Below, in pieces: positions 57,464-64,000 of a stretch of DNA of 64,000 nt. The stretch is from the human T2T-CHM13v2.0 reference genome, Homo sapiens. The first letter of the stretch is position 1. Each line of letters opens with the position of its first letter. The stretch lies in NCBI RefSeq assembly GCF_009914755.1, contig NC_060936.1; one strand, given 5' to 3'. The position numbers and the translations under genes were made by a program. Below the pieces are notes generated by a model. The model saw nothing but the letters and a program-made list of their open reading frames with translations. It did no database searches and was not told the DNA's origin.

Positions 57464-58717
57464 AGGAATGTTTCTATAAAGGTGTAGCATGAGAGGGAAA
57501 TCTGATGTGAATGAGTGAAGACACATAGAAATACTAAAATAAGTATGATAGTAAAGGAAAGAAATAGAGCAAAAATGAAGAACAGATAGTAAAATGAAAT
57601 TAAAGGAATTACTACTTGAATTTTACTTACTTAAAAAAATTTTAAGTAACGTTCAAATTTTAAAGAAGAGTAATAAATTAGCCCTTTTGTTATATAAATT
57701 TGACTGAATAATCTTATTTCCTCCAACATGTGTATGAATATGTATAGATAGGTATATATAGATACAGATATCTACATCAATATATGTGCCTGTTATCTGT
57801 ATCGGTTAAATACATGGATTCTTTTTGCTCAACATTATTATGGTATTCAAGGATTATATAACCAATACTATTTTCTCCGTAATTTTGCCCTAACTTCTTA
57901 TTGTCTGTATATTCATTTTTCCAGGAGAGAAAACTCACACATGAGCATGGTGGGGGCCAGAGTGGGGCGTGGGAGGTGTGTGGGCAGGAGGAGAGAGGAG
58001 AGCTCTAAATTAAGAAAATAATAAAACTATTTTTCCTGATAGGCTAATATATCCACCATTATGGTCACTAGATGAGGTTTACCAGCAAATTTCCCAAACC
58101 TTCACAGAAAAAAATGGAAAAGTTGGAATGAGCTTTTTTGTGCTATTGGTCTAACGTGAGAAATCAAGCTGTTACTGTATTCCTCTCTGTAGATGGCCAT
58201 AATTTGATAGACAAAATGTCTAGAACAATTGGATCACAAAGCGACATAAATTCTGACAGTATAAAAATATGGCTATTACCTACAGTATGTCCAGAATCAA
58301 TCTGTGCAAGGGATGATTCTGGTTGACCCAAGATCTGCCAACTATATTTTCTTCCAAGAAGTCCCTGGTGCTTCTAAGCACAGTCCCTGCTGGGGATACA
58401 TTATATGCTCCAAAATGAACAGAATGTTAAAAACTAACAAGATTTGTGAGAGTCTTTTCTTGGCAAATTTGACAACAATTAGTGTCTATTAAGTTTTTAT
58501 TAGTCACATAGTAAATGAAACGGAGGATGTGATATTTAAATATATACGTTTGACATTTAGCAAGATAGATTATGACTCTAAATACTGATGGGAAAAAGTG
58601 CTTTTTGTTTAGTAGTTTGTAAGTAAACAAATTAATAAAAAGATAACATTTCATAAATAATTTGCAAAGCAGCCATTAATATCTCCTTTCTAACATGAAT
58701 TATTAAGATAGTAATAG

Positions 58718-59011
58718 GGATGAGCACAGTGACTCACGACTATAATCCCAGCACTCTGGGAGGCCAAGGCAGAAGGATCACTTGAGGCCCAGGAGCTTGA
58801 GACCAGCCTGGACAACATAGTGAGACTCTGTGTCTACAAAAAAACTTTTAAAAATCAATGGGCATGGTGGCACATGTGTGTAGTCCTAGCTACTTGAAAG
58901 GCTAAGGAGGGAGAATTGCTTGAGACCATGAGTTGGAGGTCATAGTGAGCTACGATCATGCCACTGCATCCCAGCCTGGGCAACAGAGCAAGACTCTCTC
59001 AATTACAAAAA
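58718..59011 (+). mobile_element. AluJ
   Basis: Dimeric Alu. Confidence 0.92.
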
Positions 59012-59529
59012 TTTTTTTGAGTCCTAAAAGGGATCCAACTTTATTTTAGAATTCACACTAACAAGGATAGTGATAATATTAAAAGCTAATACTCTGCTCA
59101 TCGTAGTTACATATTATTTACCTACAAAAAATTTTCAGGTCTGGATACCAAAGTGGACATTTTCAGTAGCAGGTTAAACCTCTAATGGAATAAAGACCAA
59201 TGTGAACTTTTCAACCATAAAAGCTCCTTTAATCTGTCTTACCTTGGGATATATGTCAGCTCACATTATGGAATATAAGCCTATGATATATAGACAAAAT
59301 CATTTTCTCAATTCATTTTAGTTGTTAGAATGACTCATTTAATAAGGATAGGACTGCATTATCAGCTGTGTGGGTATAATTAATGAACACAAGGAAAATT
59401 TAGGAAATCAAATTATATCATATAACATGTGGTAGAAGATACTGTTGTACTGATGAAGGGCTACTAAACTTAAATTCCAGAGACCTGAAATCTAATCCTT
59501 GGATTGTTACATGATTCTAGCTTAAAATG

Positions 59530-60295
59530 TGAAGAAAGAAAAGATGTTCAATGTTATTAGTCATTAGGGAAATATAAACCAAAACCACAATGAGATACTG
59601 CTTCACACCTGGTAGGATGACTATAATAATAAAAATATGGAAATTTCATGTTGGTGAGCATGTGAAGAAATTGAAACACTTATACATTGCCGGTGGGAAT
59701 GTAAAATGATAAATCTACCACGGAAAACAGTTTGGTGAGTCCTCAGAAAGTTAAACATAGAGTTACTCAGCAATCCTGCTGAAAAGAAGTACTCAAAAAT
59801 ACTTGGACATTAAGTGTTCAAAGCAGCACTATTCATAATAGACAAAAGATGAAAATAACCCCAATATCCATCAGCAGATATGTGGATAAATGAAATGTGG
59901 TATATATGCACAATGGAATATTACTTTGCCATGAAAAGAAATGAATTACTAATACATATTACAATGTACATGAGCCTCCAAAGCACTATGCTAAGTGAAA
60001 GAAACATGTGATGCAAAGATGTCCTATGAATTTACCTGTTCTGTATGATTCTATTTATATGAAATACAAAGAACAGGTACATGCACAGGGCAAAAAGCAG
60101 GTTTGTGTTGCCAGGGTCTAATGGGAAGGGAAAATAGGGAATGGCTGCTTACTGAGTATGGAATTTTCTTTTGAGGTGATGAAACTATTTCGGAACTACA
60201 CAGAAGTGATTGTACAACACTGTGAATGACTATGCCTCTGAATTGTACACTTTAAAATGGCTAATTTTTTGTCATACAAATTTCACCTTAAGAAA
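59530..60295 (+). mobile_element. L1MB-type 3' end
   Basis: 'aaaaccacaatgagatactgcttcacacc', 'caatggaatattactttgccatgaaaagaaatgaa', 'ctgaattgtacactttaaaatgg'. Confidence 0.88.
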
Positions 60296-61827
60296 ATGTT
60301 GAAGGAGAGTCTTTTTGAATGGCCACATGAAGCACTCAGCATATTTTCTCACAAAGCAAAGACAAAGCTGCAAAAACTGTCAAAAACAACCATTTCAGAT
60401 CTGAAAATTGATTAAAGACATAGAAAAAAATAGTGAAATATTTATTCATGTAAATCTGTTAAGCCTCAGAAAAACAATAAGAGTCTGTGGCATTGCATCC
60501 TTGAGCAGTTTCCACCCACCTTATTCACCAGCCCTAAGCTCTTTACTGCTCTATTTCTACCAGACATGGCAAACTGTAAGGGACATCAGCTTTCCTACCA
60601 AACAGAGAAGAAATAATTTGGAGCTAAGTTTGGAAAGGTCCATGTCCTGAGGTGCTGTCAAAAACAATAGCGATCTTGGATGGCCAACAGTCAGAGAAGG
60701 CCAATATCACAGCTTGCCTGAGATTACAATACTGGAGATAAGAAATAGACCTGCCTACAGTCAGAAATTTTATAGGGAGAGCTGAAGAAAGCACCAGACA
60801 TAGTGGGCCTTCATAAACTTGCACATATCTTGGGGGTTGGGAAGGCTGTAAACATCAGCATAAGATCGTGGAGAGATTCCTAGCCATCTACTCCTGTTTG
60901 TCTGAATGTGATGCCTTATACATGAAGAAAGTAAAAGATGGGGCGGATTCATAAACTATCTGAACTTTCAATGTGTTTCTCAATGAAACGCTGATCCATC
61001 AGCAAACAATAGAACTCTTCTTGGCTCAAAGTGTTTAAGCAAAACCTCTGACACATAATTGTCTGACCACTAAAACGATTTAGAGGAAACCCTAGGAAGA
61101 CAGATTTTAAAAGGAAAAGGTTAAACAAAATTTTTCTATAAAAAGAAACATTAGGCAGAGACATCAGTTATACCCATTAGAGACAACATAGAATTTCCAA
61201 AATTAGTCCAGGCAAATCATTAATCAAATTAAAAACAGAAACAACAACAACTACTACTATGGTGGGGGGGTGCAAGGTGAAGAGGTCAGAACCCAGCATT
61301 GCTATATTATCAAATTGTACAGTTTTCAATGAAAAATCACAAAACATGTAAAGAAATAGGAAACTGTGACCCAAACACAGGGGAAAAATAAGCTAATAGA
61401 AACTTTATGAGGGACCCCAGGTGTCAGACTTGCCTAACAAAAACTTCAAAATAGCTATGACAATTATGTACAAGAAATTAAACCATGTTTTAAGAATGAC
61501 AGAAAATGTGATGGCAATGATTGATCAAACATACATCAATACAAAGATAAAATTACTGAAAAAAATAAAATTCTAAAGTTGAAAAAATACAGTAACTGAA
61601 ATGAAAATTTTACTGGAGGGGCTCAACAGTAGATTTGCCTGGCCTGTAGAAATAATTAGCAATTTTGAAGATAGATCAATTGAATTTATCTTAAGAAGGT
61701 TAGAAGAAAAAAGAATGATAAGTTGAGAACAAAGCCTTCTCAAAGACCTATGAGAATACTTCAAGTATACCAACATATGAATAATGGGAGTCTCAGAAAA
61801 AAGAGAGGAGGAAAAAAAGGGGCTAAA

Positions 61828-62131
61828 GGCCAGGAATGGTGGCTCATGCCTGTAATCCCAGCACTTTGGGAGGCTGAGGCTGGTGGATCACGAGGTCAGG
61901 AGTTCAAGACCAGCCTGGTCAATATGATGAAACCCCATCTCTACTAAAATACAAAAATTAGCCGGGCATGGTGGCTGGGGCTTGTAATCCCAGCTCCTTG
62001 GGAGGCTGAGGCAGAAAATTCCTTGAACATCGGAGGCGGAGGTTGCAATGAGCCGAGATCACGCCATTGCACTCCAGCCTGGGTAACAAGGTGGTGAGAC
62101 TCAGTCTCAAAAAAAAAAAAAAAAAAAAAAA
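61828..62131 (+). mobile_element. AluS (Sc/Sg-like)
   Basis: 'ggatcacgaggtcaggag'; poly(A) tail; A/G-rich TSD. Confidence 0.95.
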
Positions 62132-62442
62132 GGGGGGGCGAAAAATTATTTGAAGTGTAATAATGGCCACAAACTTCACAAATTTAATGAACAACATTAA
62201 ATATATAATCAAGAAGCTCAACAAACCACAAGTATGATAAACAAAAGAAATCCACATCCAGAAACATAATCATCAAGTTATTAAAAGCTAAAGACCAAGA
62301 GATAATTTTAAAAGCACCAAGAGGAAAATAACTCAAATAAAACACAACCACATTAAGTTTAACAGCAGAATCCTCATCAGAAATAAAAAGGCCAGAAGCA
62401 GCAGGATAGGACAATGGACATTTATGAAAGTAAATAAAAAAG

Positions 62443-62445
<3 letters not shown>

Positions 62446-62488
<43 letters not shown>
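62446..62488. repeat. (TG)n microsatellite
   Basis: Direct. Confidence 0.97.
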
Positions 62489-62489
<1 letters not shown>

Positions 62490-62524
62490 CATTGCTTCTC
62501 TTAAGTGATTTAAAAGACAACTGC

Positions 62525-62940
62525 CTGCTACGTGATCTCACTTATATGTAGTATCTTTAAAAAAATGAATGCTTAGAAGCAGGGAGTAAAACTGTGGTTA
62601 CCAATGGTGAAGGGGGTTGAAAGAATTGAGGAGATTTTGACCAAAGAGTATAACTTTGCAGTTACAAGATAAATAAGTTCTAGATACCTAGTATACAACA
62701 TGGTCACTATAGTTAATAATAATGTACAATATACTTAAATTTTCCTAAGAGAGTGGATATTAAGTATTCTTACCACAAGAAGGGTAATAATCTGAGGTGA
62801 TAGATATGTTAACTAGCTGGATTGTGGTAATCATTTCATAATGTATACATATATCAAAAATCACACTGTACACCTAGAATATATTCAATTTTTATTTGTC
62901 AGTTATACCTCAGTAAAGCTTAACAACAATTAATAAAAGA
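62525..62940 (+). mobile_element. L1MA 3' end fragment
   Basis: 'gatctcacttatatgt', 'aataagttctagatacctagtatacaacatggtcactatagttaataataatgta', 'gtggtaatcatttcataatgtatacatatatcaaaa'. Confidence 0.85.
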
Positions 62941-64000
62941 GTCTTTTACTTTAAAAAAGTCTTTTACTTTAAAAAATTGTCTTTAAAAAAGACAATTACA
63001 TAAAGCAATAATTATAATACTATACAATAATCAAAGTGCTACAGAAAAAAACTCAACTGTTAATCAAGAATTTTACATATAGCAAAGCTATCCTTCAAAA
63101 ATTGAAGGAGAAACAAAGGTGTTTCCAGGTGAACAAATAATGAGAGAGTACTGTTATATTGCTATACCTTCCTTATAATAAATACTAAAGAAAGTCCTTT
63201 GGTCTAAAAGAAAATGATACCAGCTGGCAACTTGATTCCACTTAAAGAAATAAAGAATGCTATAAAGATAATATAAACACATTTATTTTCTAATATCATC
63301 TCTTAAAGGGTTTATAAAAGATAATTACATAAAATAATTATAAACCTGTATTTTTGGGCTCATAGCATATGAAGATGTCTTATACATGCATGTTGTGTAT
63401 TATATATCTATTAGCATAATACATATGTATATTATATAATACATAAATATCATATATATACTAGCAAAAAGGAGGTGGAGAGAATGGAGCTATAATGGAG
63501 CAAGAAAATTAGAACAGATAAGAAGTTGGTAACTTCGATCCGCAGAAAGAAATGAAGAGTGAAAGAAAAGGTAAATATGTGGGTTAATATTTTAAAAACT
63601 AAATATATTTTCATCCTTTTCTCTCCAAACTGTTTTAACAGGTATAAGATTGTACACAAAGCAATAATTATAACATTGTATTTCTTAGTATATATGTAAA
63701 TATATACTGTAATAATAGCACAAGTGGGGGAAAGATTGAACTATATTGAAGAAAAGTCTCTATATTTTAAAAAAATTAGGTTAGTATCCAACTGATCTAC
63801 ATTGTGATAATTAGAAATGCATTTGTAATCTCTACAACACCACTAATAATTAACTGTGTTTGTGTATTTCAGTGTTTGTGTGTAGTAAGTAAAGGAATTA
63901 AAATAAGACTAGACAATATTCATTACAAAGAAAGCAATAAAGGAGGACTTGAAGAACAGGCATAAGATACATAGAAAACAAATGGAAATGGCAGGTGTAT

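Larger units (their letters stand above)
60300..64000 (+). mobile_element. Old L1M (L1MC/MD-like) 5' region and ORF1 remnants, with nested Alu and L1MA pieces
   Basis: Degenerate ORF1 motifs 'gaggggctcaacagtagattt', 'aagaagctcaacaaacc', 'agcaaagctatccttcaaaaattgaaggagaaa'. Confidence 0.75.

Overview
Human (or closely related ape) genomic DNA, AT-rich, from the SOX5 locus, which is transcribed on the minus strand. The identification rests on the minus-strand exon at 12844-12807, which encodes MLTDPDLPQEFE(R), the N-terminus of L-SOX5, and ends in a GTGAGT donor. About 1.3 kb upstream is an alternative first exon with two strong donors; one gives the Met-Ser-Val start. A candidate third, non-coding first exon lies at about 7.4-7.6 kb. 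The first ~19 kb around these promoters has no recognisable Alu or L1. The remaining ~45 kb is intronic or upstream sequence dense in Alu, L1M, L2, MIR, MaLR LTRs and DNA transposons (MER1B, MER44-like, MER33, MER46C-like, piggyBac MER85). Less obvious items: a decayed EEF2 processed-pseudogene fragment (28.2-29.6 kb); a splice-dependent switch between a uORF and an N-terminal extension (MHTISCW) in the upstream SOX5 exon; a fold-back micro-rearrangement at a nested transposon junction; and several local duplications. I see no prokaryote-type system, CRISPR array or RNA gene. Apart from the EEF2 remnant, the ORF-track entries look spurious. Repeat subfamily names and EEF2/SOX5 comparisons are from memory, not from a search.
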